From the NCBI GenBank assembly GCA_963422385.1, contig OY729432.1:355376-419375 (forward strand): DNA of 64,000 nucleotides, read 5' to 3'. The position numbers and the translations under genes were made by a program. Of the stretch, positions 36,604 through 45,025 are shown piece by piece (positions within the stretch are counted from its first letter, which is position 1; the number at the start of each line of letters is the position of its first letter). The DNA comes from Candidatus Binatia bacterium. Its GTDB lineage: Bacteria; Desulfobacterota; Binatia; UBA9968; JAJDTQ01. The notes beneath the pieces are model-generated. The model was not told where the DNA came from and did not search any database. It worked only from the letters and a program-made list of their open reading frames with translations.

Positions 36604-37659
36604 ATGGCTTCTTTCGAGGTGAAGGTTTACCGGATTCAGGTCGAGGAACATCCGAATGCGGATGCCTTGGAGTTGGCTCGCGTCGGTGGGTACGTGAGTC
36701 TTGTCAGGAAGGAGTCTTTTTCGACGGGAGACCTGGCGGTTTACATTCCCGAGGCGTCCGTCGTTCCCGAGGATGTGATTCAGGAGCTTGGGCTTGAGGG
36801 CCGTCTTGCCGGGAAGGCGAAGAATCGGGTGAAAACGATCAGGCTTCGCGGCATCTTGTCCCAAGGCCTGATCTACCCCGTTACGGGGAACCGCCTTCGC
36901 GGGACTTCCGTGAACGAGGGCGACGATGTGATGGAGGCCCTTGGCGTGGAGAAGTGGGAGCCTCCGATCCCGGTCCATTTGTCCGGCAAGGTGCAGAATT
37001 CTCATGGGGCGACGCTTCATTTCGACATCGAGGACATCAAGAAGCATCCGGAGGTTTTCAAGGCCGGGGAAGAGGTGGAAGTCACCGAGAAGATTCACGG
37101 GACCTGGTGTTGTCTCGGTTGGAATCGGGAGCGTGGGCCGATCGTGACGTCGAAGGGGCTATCTTCCCAAGGGCTGTCCTTCAAGGTCGAGGACCCGGAC
37201 AATGCTGACAATCTGTATGTCCGGATGTGGAAGAAGTACGGCGACCTTGTGAAGCAGCGGGCGGAGCATTGCGGTCAGTCGGTGTATATCCTGGGGGAGA
37301 TCTTCGGACGTTCGGTTCAGGATCTTCGGTACGGCGAGAAGGCACAGGCTTTCGCCGTTTTTGACGTGTACGTCGGAGACCCCGGTTCCGGCAGGTATCT
37401 GACCCGCTCCGAGGTGTTGGAGTTTATTGGCGAGGATTTTCAGATGGTTCCGGTCCTGTACCGGGGTCCGTTTGACGAAAGTCTTCTTTCGGAGTGGACT
37501 TCCGGCAAGACCCTGTGGGGCGAGGGGGTTGACCAGATTCGAGAGGGGGTCGTGATTCGGGATTGCGCCGAAGGGTCGGAACTCGAGATTGGACGGCGCA
37601 TTCTCAAGAGCGTGGCCGAGGGTTATCTTCTTCGGAAGGGAGGAACGGAGTTCAATTAG
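36604..37659 (+). CDS. ATP-dependent RNA ligase, DRB0094/Rnl5-like (N-terminal tRNA-binding-type OB fold plus nucleotidyltransferase domain)
   Basis: The N-terminus VEEHPNADALELARVGGYVSLVRKESFSTGDLAVYIPEASVVP resembles the tRNA_bind OB fold. Candidate motif I is VTEKIHGT (adenylated Lys). Later blocks are YILGEIFG, AFAVFDVYV and EGVVIRD...RRILKSV. Third codon positions are visibly T-rich and less GC-biased than in neighbouring genes. Confidence 0.6.
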   Translation: MASFEVKVYRIQVEEHPNADALELARVGGYVSLVRKESFSTGDLAVYIPEASVVPEDVIQELGLEGRLAGKAKNRVKTIRLRGILSQGLIYPVTGNRLRGTSVNEGDDVMEALGVEKWEPPIPVHLSGKVQNSHGATLHFDIEDIKKHPEVFKAGEEVEVTEKIHGTWCCLGWNRERGPIVTSKGLSSQGLSFKVEDPDNADNLYVRMWKKYGDLVKQRAEHCGQSVYILGEIFGRSVQDLRYGEKAQAFAVFDVYVGDPGSGRYLTRSEVLEFIGEDFQMVPVLYRGPFDESLLSEWTSGKTLWGEGVDQIREGVVIRDCAEGSELEIGRRILKSVAEGYLLRKGGTEFN

Positions 37660-37678
37660 GACCGCGGCCGGTTCCTCT

Positions 37679-37717
37679 TATATGTGGGTAGAAATGCCGC
37701 TATAATACCCACATATA
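37679..37717. promoter_or_regulatory. AT-rich perfect 12-bp inverted repeat (TATATGTGGGTA-15 nt-TACCCACATATA) with TATAAT in the spacer
   Basis: Read directly. It lies 20 nt after the RNA ligase stop and 23 nt before the ATPase remnant, so it could be an operator, a terminator or an element boundary. Confidence 0.35.
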
Positions 37718-37739
37718 TCAACGAGCCCTCCTTTCCCGC

Positions 37740-38785
37740 TTGTCGGGAAAACGCCGGAGCGTTCTGCTCCTCGGCCCGCGACAGGTTGGAAAATCAACCC
37801 TGCTCGCGTCCCTCAAGCCCGACCTCTCCATCAACCTTGCGAGTCCGGCCGTCTTTCGCGACTATGTTGCGCAACCCGAACGGCTGGAGCTTGAACTGCG
37901 CGCGGCCGGCCCTCGCACCCGAACCATTCTGATCGACGAGGTGCAGCGGGTTCCAGCGCCAGAAAGCTCCATCGCGGGCAGGCCAATCTGCTACCCGGGC
38001 GGGTGCATCTGCACTATCTCCATCCGCTGCTCCAGCACGAACTGGACCGGGACTTCGATCTCCAGCGCGTGCTGGCCCATGGCAGCCTCCCGGGCGTCTA
38101 CGCCGAGCCGGATCAGGCAGCGCGCGATCAGGATTTGCGCGCCTACGTGGACGCCTACCTGCGCGAAGAAATCCAGGCGGAAGCGCTGGTACGCAATCTG
38201 GGGGGCTATGCCCGGCTGCTGGACCTGACGGCGGCGGCTTCGGGGACCATCCTCAACCTCAACGCCCTGAGCCAGGACGCCGGCATCGGCCACGAAACGG
38301 CACGGCGGTACCTGGAGGTTCTCGAAGACACGCTCATCGTGTTCCGTATCCCGGGCTGGAGCGGCTCGGATCGGGCCAGTCTGCTGAACCATCCGAAGAT
38401 TTTCTTCTTCGACGTTGGGGTGCGAAACGCGCTGTTGAGACGGCATCTCGATCGCATCCTCGAAGATGAACGGGGGCTCCTGTTGGAACATTTCATCGCC
38501 CAGGAATTGTACCGCCGGACGGGAACACTCTGGCCCGAACTTGCCCTGTCGCATTACCGGACCCGACATGGCGCGGAAGTCGACTTCGTCATGGAGGTCG
38601 GTCGGGAACTCTGGGCCGTCGAGGTCACGTCATCGCGGCGGGCATCCCGGAGCGCGTTGCGAGGATTGCGGTCTTTCGCCGAGAGGGCAGGCCGTGTCCA
38701 CCGTTCCATCGTGGTTTTTCCGGGACCGCGCAGACAGCGGTTGGAGGAGGTTGAGGTCCTGCCGGTGATGGACTTCCTGGGGTGA
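37740..38785 (+). pseudogene. AAA ATPase (AAA_14 plus DUF4143 family) disrupted by an internal out-of-frame deletion
   Basis: Frame 0 reads LLLGPRQVGKSTL...ILIDEVQRVP. The sequence then continues in another frame as SARKLHRGQANLLPGRVHLHYLHPL...DUF4143-like...EVDFVMEV. The ~25 residues normally between the Walker B/VQR block and the SARKL block are missing. Confidence 0.7.
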
Positions 38786-38888
38786 GCTCCCGTGCTGACT
38801 GCGTCTGCCTGGCGCAACGCTCCGTCCGTCGGCAGTACCGTGTCGGGTTACGCCTTCGGCCAACCCGGGCTACGGCGGAACCCCATCC

Positions 38889-38970
38889 ATACCACGCGAG
38901 GCGAAGCAACGTAGCCGACGGCAAAAAAGACCAGTCGATTATCTTGCGTATTTACCGGACACGACACTAG
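38889..38970. mobile_element. 5-prime-truncated copy (right ~80 bp) of the MITE-like element
   Basis: ATACCACGCGAGG.GAAGCAACGTAGCCGACGGCAAAAAAGACCAGTCGATTATCTTGCGTATTTACCGGACACGACACTAG aligns with the right half of 27476-27640. Its terminal CTAG holds the cinA stop. Confidence 0.7.
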
Positions 38971-40214
38971 AACTCCTCCAGCAGCACCGTCCGGATCAAC
39001 GATATGGCGTTGAGGCTCATGCGGGTGCGGTCGGGCCCGCCACGGCCGCCCAGGTTGTAGGTGCGGATCCGGGACCGTGTGCCGTCGGTAATGGCGATGC
39101 AGGTATGGCCCCTCGCCAGGTTGACGGCGGTGTCCCCCGGGGCCTCCACCGCGTGCAACGCCAGGCCGAGGTCGCTGTCGGCCTGCTGCCGGATGCTCCA
39201 GGCCAGCTCCTCGGTGAGCTGCTCGGGCTGCTCCAACAGGGCATCGGCCTGCTCCGCCCGGCGTGACCGGGCCAACAGCCGCCGCGTCCCGCGCTCTCCC
39301 GGCGCCACCATGCCTTCCACGAAGTGCTCCTTGCTGGCCCGCTGCAAGCGGTCGGCCACGAGCCCCGCGGTCATGTCCTCGAAGACGGCCACGCTCCGGT
39401 CCTTCTCCCGCAGGAGGGCGCCCACCGCGTCTTCCATGGTCTCGTCGTCTACCGCGAAGATGTGGCTGGTGAGGAGCGCCCGGACCTGGGCGTCAACGGG
39501 CGCGATGAGCTTCATGGCCTCTTCGCGGCTCGACGCCTTGGCGGTGATGCGTACGTCCACCTGACCGGGGTGCGCGAGCACCCCCACGGTGGGGTTGCTC
39601 GAGTTGGCGATGAGGTGTCCGATCTTGTCGTCGACGGAGCTTTCGCCCATGTCGGTGACCTTGAGCACCCGGTAGCTGATGGTCTCGGAAAGATCGAACT
39701 TGCGCTGCGCGTACGGGACCACCTCGTTCTCGAACAGCCACTTCATCTCGTGGGGCACTCCCGGCAGCGCGTAAATGATGCCCTTCTCGTGCTCGACGAT
39801 GAACGACGGCGCGGTGCCGTTGGGATTATCCACCGGAATGGCGCCCTCGGGGATGTCAGCCTGGCGCTCGTTGTTGGGGGTCATGATCATGTTGCGGCGG
39901 CGGAACCGCCGGTCGATCTGCTCCAGCAGCCCCGCGTCACGCACCAGCCTGCGGCCGCACACCTCGGCGATGATCTCCCGGGTGAGATCGTCCCGGGTCG
40001 GCCCGAGCCCGCCGCTGGTGATGACGAGGTCGGCCCGGTCCAGCGCCCGGCCGATGACGTCCTTCATGCGCCCCGGGTTGTCGCCGACGATGGTCTTGAA
40101 AAAGAGGTTGACTCCGAGATCGGAAAGACGCTGCGCCATCCACGCGGAGTTGGTGTCCACGATCTGACCCAGCAGCAACTCCGATCCTATGGCAACGATT
40201 TCGGCGTTGGGCAC
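38967..40214 (-). CDS. cinA: CinA family protein (competence/damage-inducible; MoCF-like N-domain plus nicotinamide-nucleotide amidase PncC domain)
   Basis: AEIVAIGSELLLGQIVDTNSAWMAQRL...VITSGGLGPTRDDLT plus the C-terminal CinA domain. GTG 40214 is the likely start; the track ATG is at 40301. Confidence 0.85.
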   Translation of the reverse strand: MPNAEIVAIGSELLLGQIVDTNSAWMAQRLSDLGVNLFFKTIVGDNPGRMKDVIGRALDRADLVITSGGLGPTRDDLTREIIAEVCGRRLVRDAGLLEQIDRRFRRRNMIMTPNNERQADIPEGAIPVDNPNGTAPSFIVEHEKGIIYALPGVPHEMKWLFENEVVPYAQRKFDLSETISYRVLKVTDMGESSVDDKIGHLIANSSNPTVGVLAHPGQVDVRITAKASSREEAMKLIAPVDAQVRALLTSHIFAVDDETMEDAVGALLREKDRSVAVFEDMTAGLVADRLQRASKEHFVEGMVAPGERGTRRLLARSRRAEQADALLEQPEQLTEELAWSIRQQADSDLGLALHAVEAPGDTAVNLARGHTCIAITDGTRSRIRTYNLGGRGGPDRTRMSLNAISLIRTVLLEEF

Positions 40215-40325
40215 GATGCACTCCCATGCCTGGTGTGCCGCGTCACGGTCACAACAGGTTTCCTTGACGGCTTGTGTGACTTTCGTGCCAGAACCGGGCA
40301 CGGCTTGGCAAGAGACGAGCTACAC

Positions 40326-40355
40326 GGGCAGGTTTGAAACGTTTGAAACCGCCCC
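40326..40355. repeat. REP-like GC hairpin (GGGCAGG-TTTGAAACGTTTGAAAC-CGCCCC)
   Basis: Same family as 14177-14207, with the duplicated TTGAAAC loop. Its last base (40355) overlaps the first position of the RND permease stop (complement of 40355-40357). Confidence 0.65.
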
Positions 40356-43300
40356 TATGTCTCGCCGCGGGCGGACTCCGGTGCGGCCACCGGCTCCGTG
40401 CGGAGCTGCTCGCCGGCCGGCCGGCGCCGGACCCTCGCGATCACGTCGAGCCACAGGGAATAGAGCGTCGGAGTCAGCACCAGCGTGAACAGTGTGGACA
40501 CGGCCAACCCGCCCAGCACGGCGGAACCCAGGCCGCGGTAGAGCTCGGAACCGGCGCCCCGTGACAGCACCAGAGGCAACATGCCGAACACCGTGGTGGC
40601 CGCGGTCATGAAGATGGGGCGGATGCGCGTGCGCACGCTGGCGAGCAGGGCCGCCTGCGGCGGCTCGCCGGAGCGAATGAAGTTGAGCGTCTGGTGCACG
40701 ATGAGGATGGCGTTGTTCACCACGATGCCGGCCAGGATGATGAACCCCAGCATGGTGACCGTATCCATCTTGATGGTGGGCTCGGTGGCGTGTCCCAGGC
40801 TCACCGCCAGCACGCCTCCGGTGGCCGCAAGAGGCACGCTGAACATGATGATCAGGGGATAGCTCCAGGACTCGAACAACGAGCACATGACCAGATAGAC
40901 CACCACCACGGCCAACAGAAACGTCCATTTGAACGCGTCCCAGGCTTCCGTGAGCTTCTGGGCCTGACCGGTGACGTCGATGGAATAACCCAGCGGCAGC
41001 GTCTGCCGGACGGCCGTCACCGCGTTCTCCTCCACCAGCCGCACCGCCTCCTCCAGCGGCAGCGTCTCCTGCATGTTCACGTTCAGCTTGATGGCGCGGT
41101 CGAGGTCCACGTGCTCGACCTTGGTGGGTCCGTTGCCGGCCCGGATCTCCGCGATGTCCGATAGCTGTACCAACCGCCCGGAGCCGCCGGAGAGCGTCGT
41201 CGCACCCAGGTCCTGCGTGTGCGCCAACTCCGCGCGAGGCCCCTTGAGGATGATGTCGATCTCCTTGCCCCGCTCCCGGAAACGCCCGGCCCGGGTGCCC
41301 TCCACCACCGTCTCGATGACGTCGCCCACGTCCGAGGCCCGCAACCCCAGGGCCGACACCCGGTCCCGATCCAGCACCACGCGAATCTCGGGGTTGCCCC
41401 ACTCGAAGGACGAATTGACGAAGTTCACCCCCGGCACGCCGCGAATCCGCCCCTCCAGGCCCTGGGCGATCTGCCGGATGGACTGCAGATCGTCCCCCTT
41501 GACGTCCAGGGCCACGTTGTTGCCGCCGAAGAAGGCGCCCTGCTGCCGAAAGAGCGCAGCCTGGGTGATGAAGACCGCCTGGGTTCCCGGGATGCCGCCG
41601 GCGGCGCGGCGCATGGAAGCCACCACCCGGCGCATGCCCTCAAGATCCGTATAGGGCTCCTTCACGATGGCCCCCATGATGGGGGTGTCCACGCGTATCA
41701 CCGCGAACATCCCGTCGATCTCGGGTATGGCCCGAATGCGCGATTCGAGAACCTTGATGATCTTCTCCTTCTGGTCCGTGTTGAAACCCGGAGGCGTCTT
41801 CACCACGCCGAAGATGAAATTGCGGTTCCCCCGGGGCAGATAGTCGAGGGGCGGAGCGAACCAATAGGCCAGCCCCACCGATCCTCCCACGATGAGCAGG
41901 ACCATCGCCAGCCTGCGGACGGCCCCGCGCTGGAGCCACGCCAGCATTCCCAGGACCAGCCGGGAGAACAGAGCGCCGCCCTTGTCCGGCAGCGACATGA
42001 CCGCACGCAGGCGCCGAAACCATACCCGCGGCTGTTCCGGCAGGACGTGGGCGGAGAGCATGGGCACCACGGTGAGAGCCACCACCAGGGACAGCGCCAC
42101 CGCCACGGAAACGGCGAGGGCGATGTCCCGGAACAACTGTCCGGCCTCCTGCCGGACGAACAATACGGGGACGAACACGGCCACCGTGGTCAGCGTCGAT
42201 GCCACGATGGCCCCGCCCACCTCCCGGGCTCCGTCCACCGCGGCGCGCAGGCGCCCCTTGCCCATTTCCCGGTGGCGGAACACGTTCTCCAGCACCACCA
42301 CGGCATTGTCCACCACCATGCCGGTGGCGAAGGCCAGACCGGCCAGCATGACAACGTTGAGCGACGAGCCGAGGGCGTCAAGGACCACGAACGTGGTGAC
42401 GATGGACACCGGGATCGCCACCGCCACCACGACGATGCCGGCGACGCTTCTCAGAAACAGCAGCAGCACCAGCACCGCCAGGGCGACGGCGAAGTAGATG
42501 TTTCGCGTCACCAGACGGATGGAGTCCCGTATGTAGTCCGTCTCGTCATAGACCATCTCGATACGGATGCCCTTGTCGCCGTACCGTTCCTGTAATCGGT
42601 CCAGCGCCTGCCGGACCCCCTCCATGACCTCCATGGTGTTGGCTCCGGAGCGGCGCAGCACGCCCATCCCCAGCGCCGGCTTGCCATTGATGCGCACCGC
42701 GAAGTCCCGGTCCTCGTAGCCGAAGGAGACGTCGGCGAGGTCCCGCACGTAGACGGAACCCTGGCCGTCGTGGCGCACCACCACGTCGCCGATGTGACGC
42801 AACTCGTCGAACTGGCCGAGGGTGCGCACCAGGTGTCTTCGCTTGCCCTCGTTCAGGTCGCCACCCTTGACGTTGCGGTTCTCCCGGATGATGGCCCGCC
42901 GGACGTCGGATACCGTGATGCCGCGGGCCGCCATGGCCCGCGAATCCAGGGTCACGTGCACTTCCCGGTCCCGGCCGCCGAACCGCCACACCGCGCCGAC
43001 CCCCGGTACCCGTTCGATCTGCGGCACGATGACGTCCTGCAACTCCTCCCAAACCCGGTTGAGGTCGCCGTCCGTGTCCACCATGATCCACGAGATCGGA
43101 CTTTCCTCGTCGGTGTTGACGGCGCGGATCCGGGACTCGCCCACGTCCGGCGGCAATCCGGTGACGGTGTCAAGCTTCTCGGAGACGCCCAGGCGCGCCA
43201 CGTCCTTGTTGGTGCCCCAGTCGAACTTGAGAACGACCCTGGACCGGCCTTCGATGGAGGTGGAAGACACCTGCTTGAGCCGCTCCACCGCGTTGAGCTT

Positions 43301-43507
43301 CTCTTCCAGCCGGTCGGTCACCTCACGCTCCACCTCCAGAGGGCCGGCGCCGCTGTAGTCGGTCTCCACCGTGATCTCGGGCCGATCCACCGTGGGGATC
43401 ATCTGGATGGGCAGACGCAACAGGGCGATGGTCCCGAACAGCACCGCCAGGATGATGCCGACGGTCACCGAGACCGGATTGCGGACACAGAAATCAGCGA
43501 TCCCCAT
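40355..43507 (-). CDS. efflux RND transporter permease subunit (AcrB/HAE family)
   Basis: ~1050 aa with 12 TM segments and two large periplasmic loops. N-terminus reads MGIADFCVRNPVSVTVGIILAVLFG. Start at ATG 43507. Confidence 0.9.
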   Translation of the reverse strand: MGIADFCVRNPVSVTVGIILAVLFGTIALLRLPIQMIPTVDRPEITVETDYSGAGPLEVEREVTDRLEEKLNAVERLKQVSSTSIEGRSRVVLKFDWGTNKDVARLGVSEKLDTVTGLPPDVGESRIRAVNTDEESPISWIMVDTDGDLNRVWEELQDVIVPQIERVPGVGAVWRFGGRDREVHVTLDSRAMAARGITVSDVRRAIIRENRNVKGGDLNEGKRRHLVRTLGQFDELRHIGDVVVRHDGQGSVYVRDLADVSFGYEDRDFAVRINGKPALGMGVLRRSGANTMEVMEGVRQALDRLQERYGDKGIRIEMVYDETDYIRDSIRLVTRNIYFAVALAVLVLLLFLRSVAGIVVVAVAIPVSIVTTFVVLDALGSSLNVVMLAGLAFATGMVVDNAVVVLENVFRHREMGKGRLRAAVDGAREVGGAIVASTLTTVAVFVPVLFVRQEAGQLFRDIALAVSVAVALSLVVALTVVPMLSAHVLPEQPRVWFRRLRAVMSLPDKGGALFSRLVLGMLAWLQRGAVRRLAMVLLIVGGSVGLAYWFAPPLDYLPRGNRNFIFGVVKTPPGFNTDQKEKIIKVLESRIRAIPEIDGMFAVIRVDTPIMGAIVKEPYTDLEGMRRVVASMRRAAGGIPGTQAVFITQAALFRQQGAFFGGNNVALDVKGDDLQSIRQIAQGLEGRIRGVPGVNFVNSSFEWGNPEIRVVLDRDRVSALGLRASDVGDVIETVVEGTRAGRFRERGKEIDIILKGPRAELAHTQDLGATTLSGGSGRLVQLSDIAEIRAGNGPTKVEHVDLDRAIKLNVNMQETLPLEEAVRLVEENAVTAVRQTLPLGYSIDVTGQAQKLTEAWDAFKWTFLLAVVVVYLVMCSLFESWSYPLIIMFSVPLAATGGVLAVSLGHATEPTIKMDTVTMLGFIILAGIVVNNAILIVHQTLNFIRSGEPPQAALLASVRTRIRPIFMTAATTVFGMLPLVLSRGAGSELYRGLGSAVLGGLAVSTLFTLVLTPTLYSLWLDVIARVRRRPAGEQLRTEPVAAPESARGET

Positions 43508-44825
43508 TTCGCCTCGAATCCGGCCCCGGCTTCGATTCAGTCTTCGGCTTCGATTGGGAACTCGTCCCGTTCCCGAGCGCAACCTTGGCGCCGTCGCGTA
43601 ACACCTCGTTGCCCAGGGTCACTACCTGCTGGCCGGGTCTGAGGTCGCCGCCGGAGATCTCCAGGAACGCGCGATGGCCGCGCCCGGTGCTGACCTTGAC
43701 GGCCTTGGCCCGGCCGTCGGACACCACGAAAACGATCTGGTCGGAGCCCCGTCGCACCACGGCGTCCTTGGGAACGAGGACGCTCGGCTCGCCGCTCGCC
43801 ACGGAAACCGCGATGCGGGCCAGCATCCCCGCCTTCAGCCGCTCGCGGGCGTTGGAGAGCCGCACCTTCACCGGGAAGCTGCGGCTGCGCGTGTCCGCCT
43901 GGGGAACGATGTGCGCCACTTCCCCGGCAAACACCTCGCCCGGGAAGGCATCCAGCGTGACCGTGGCCGGGAGACCGGTGCGGAGCCGCGCGATCTTCCG
44001 CTCTCCCACCGGTCCGGCGGCCAGGACCGGGTCCAGGTCCACCAGGTCCGCCACCGGCTCGCCCGCGTTCACCCAGTCGCCCACGTCCACGTGCCTCCTG
44101 ACGATGTAGCCGGATATGGGCGCGAGCAGCGTGCTCTTCTCGATCTCGTAGGCCACCGCGTCCATACGGGCCTGGGCCTCGTCGTGCTCGGCCTCGGCCA
44201 TGGCGATGTCCTGGGCCCTGGCGCCGGAGCGGGTGAGTCTGAGCGCGGCGCGTGCGCTGCCGTGCTTCTCGCGCGCCGCGATGTAGTCGCTCTCGACCTT
44301 CTGGAACTCGGCAAGGCTGATGAGCTTTCCTTCATGGAGGCGTCGCGCGCGCTCCAGGTCACGCTGGTGGTGTTGCAGAACGGCCTCCTGCTCCTTGACC
44401 CCGGCAAGGCGCTGCGCCACCTCCTCCGAACGAAACCCCTCTTTTACCTTCTCCCACTGCTTCTTCGCCCGAGCCACCGCGGCCGCGCGTTCCCGCAATG
44501 CGATCTCACGCCCTCCCCGGTCCACCTGCAGCAGGATGGTCCTGCCCGCCACCACGGAGTCGCCTTCCCTGAAATCAGCCGCTGCCACCCTGCCCGAGAC
44601 CAAGGCCGCGACGGTGGTGGCGACGTTCGGCTCGATGGTGCCGATGAAGGAGACCTCCTCGGGGATCGCCGCCGATTCCACCGGCGCCACCCTCACTGCC
44701 ACCGGACGCGCGCCCCAACGCTGCGCCGACACGCTGGTGGCGGCGAAGAGCACAGCGGTCAGGGCGCAGCAGGCAACGATTGCCGGCGACGCCATCACTG
44801 AGAAGGTTCGCGAATGGTCGAACAT
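43494..44825 (-). CDS. efflux RND transporter periplasmic adaptor (MFP/HlyD family)
   Basis: Signal anchor, then lipoyl/hairpin/beta-barrel pattern (GTIEPNVATTVAALVSGRV...LLAPISGYIVRRHVDVGDWV...). Overlaps the RND start by 14 nt. Start at ATG 44825. Confidence 0.85.
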   Translation of the reverse strand: MFDHSRTFSVMASPAIVACCALTAVLFAATSVSAQRWGARPVAVRVAPVESAAIPEEVSFIGTIEPNVATTVAALVSGRVAAADFREGDSVVAGRTILLQVDRGGREIALRERAAAVARAKKQWEKVKEGFRSEEVAQRLAGVKEQEAVLQHHQRDLERARRLHEGKLISLAEFQKVESDYIAAREKHGSARAALRLTRSGARAQDIAMAEAEHDEAQARMDAVAYEIEKSTLLAPISGYIVRRHVDVGDWVNAGEPVADLVDLDPVLAAGPVGERKIARLRTGLPATVTLDAFPGEVFAGEVAHIVPQADTRSRSFPVKVRLSNARERLKAGMLARIAVSVASGEPSVLVPKDAVVRRGSDQIVFVVSDGRAKAVKVSTGRGHRAFLEISGGDLRPGQQVVTLGNEVLRDGAKVALGNGTSSQSKPKTESKPGPDSRRNGDR

Positions 44826-44927
44826 GACAGTTCCCGGATTCGGTGTTCTTGAACGAAGTCGAGGATAGGGCTTTTGCGATGGAGAGGCAACCGCTGCCAT
44901 CGTTCGCGAGAAGAGGGTTTGGCTTGC

Positions 44928-44956
44928 TTGACAGGGTATCGGGAACGGCCTAGGAT
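44928..44956 (+). promoter_or_regulatory. sigma70-like promoter for the amidohydrolase-GH84-senA-senB unit
   Basis: TTGACA-17 nt-TAGGAT about 70 nt upstream of the ATG at 45026, which has GGAGGAGGAAA as its RBS. Confidence 0.4.
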
Positions 44957-45025
44957 CCGGAAGTCCCGATCAGGACGGAACGCCCGAACTTCGAGAGAGA
45001 CCACTCTCCATCGCGGAGGAGGAAA

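Noticed and set aside
36118-37098. A 326-aa minus-strand ORF overlapping the hydrolase 5-prime end and the RNA ligase gene.
   Set aside because: It is antisense to the ligase gene, which has clear motifs, and its translation has no recognisable features.
36604-38785. The RNA ligase plus AAA ATPase as an intact two-gene defence or RNA-repair system.
   Set aside because: The ATPase reading frame is broken by a deletion/frameshift. No Pnkp, Hen1, RtcB or nuclease partner is present, and the two genes are separated by an AT-rich palindrome. I report the ligase as interesting but do not claim a functional system.
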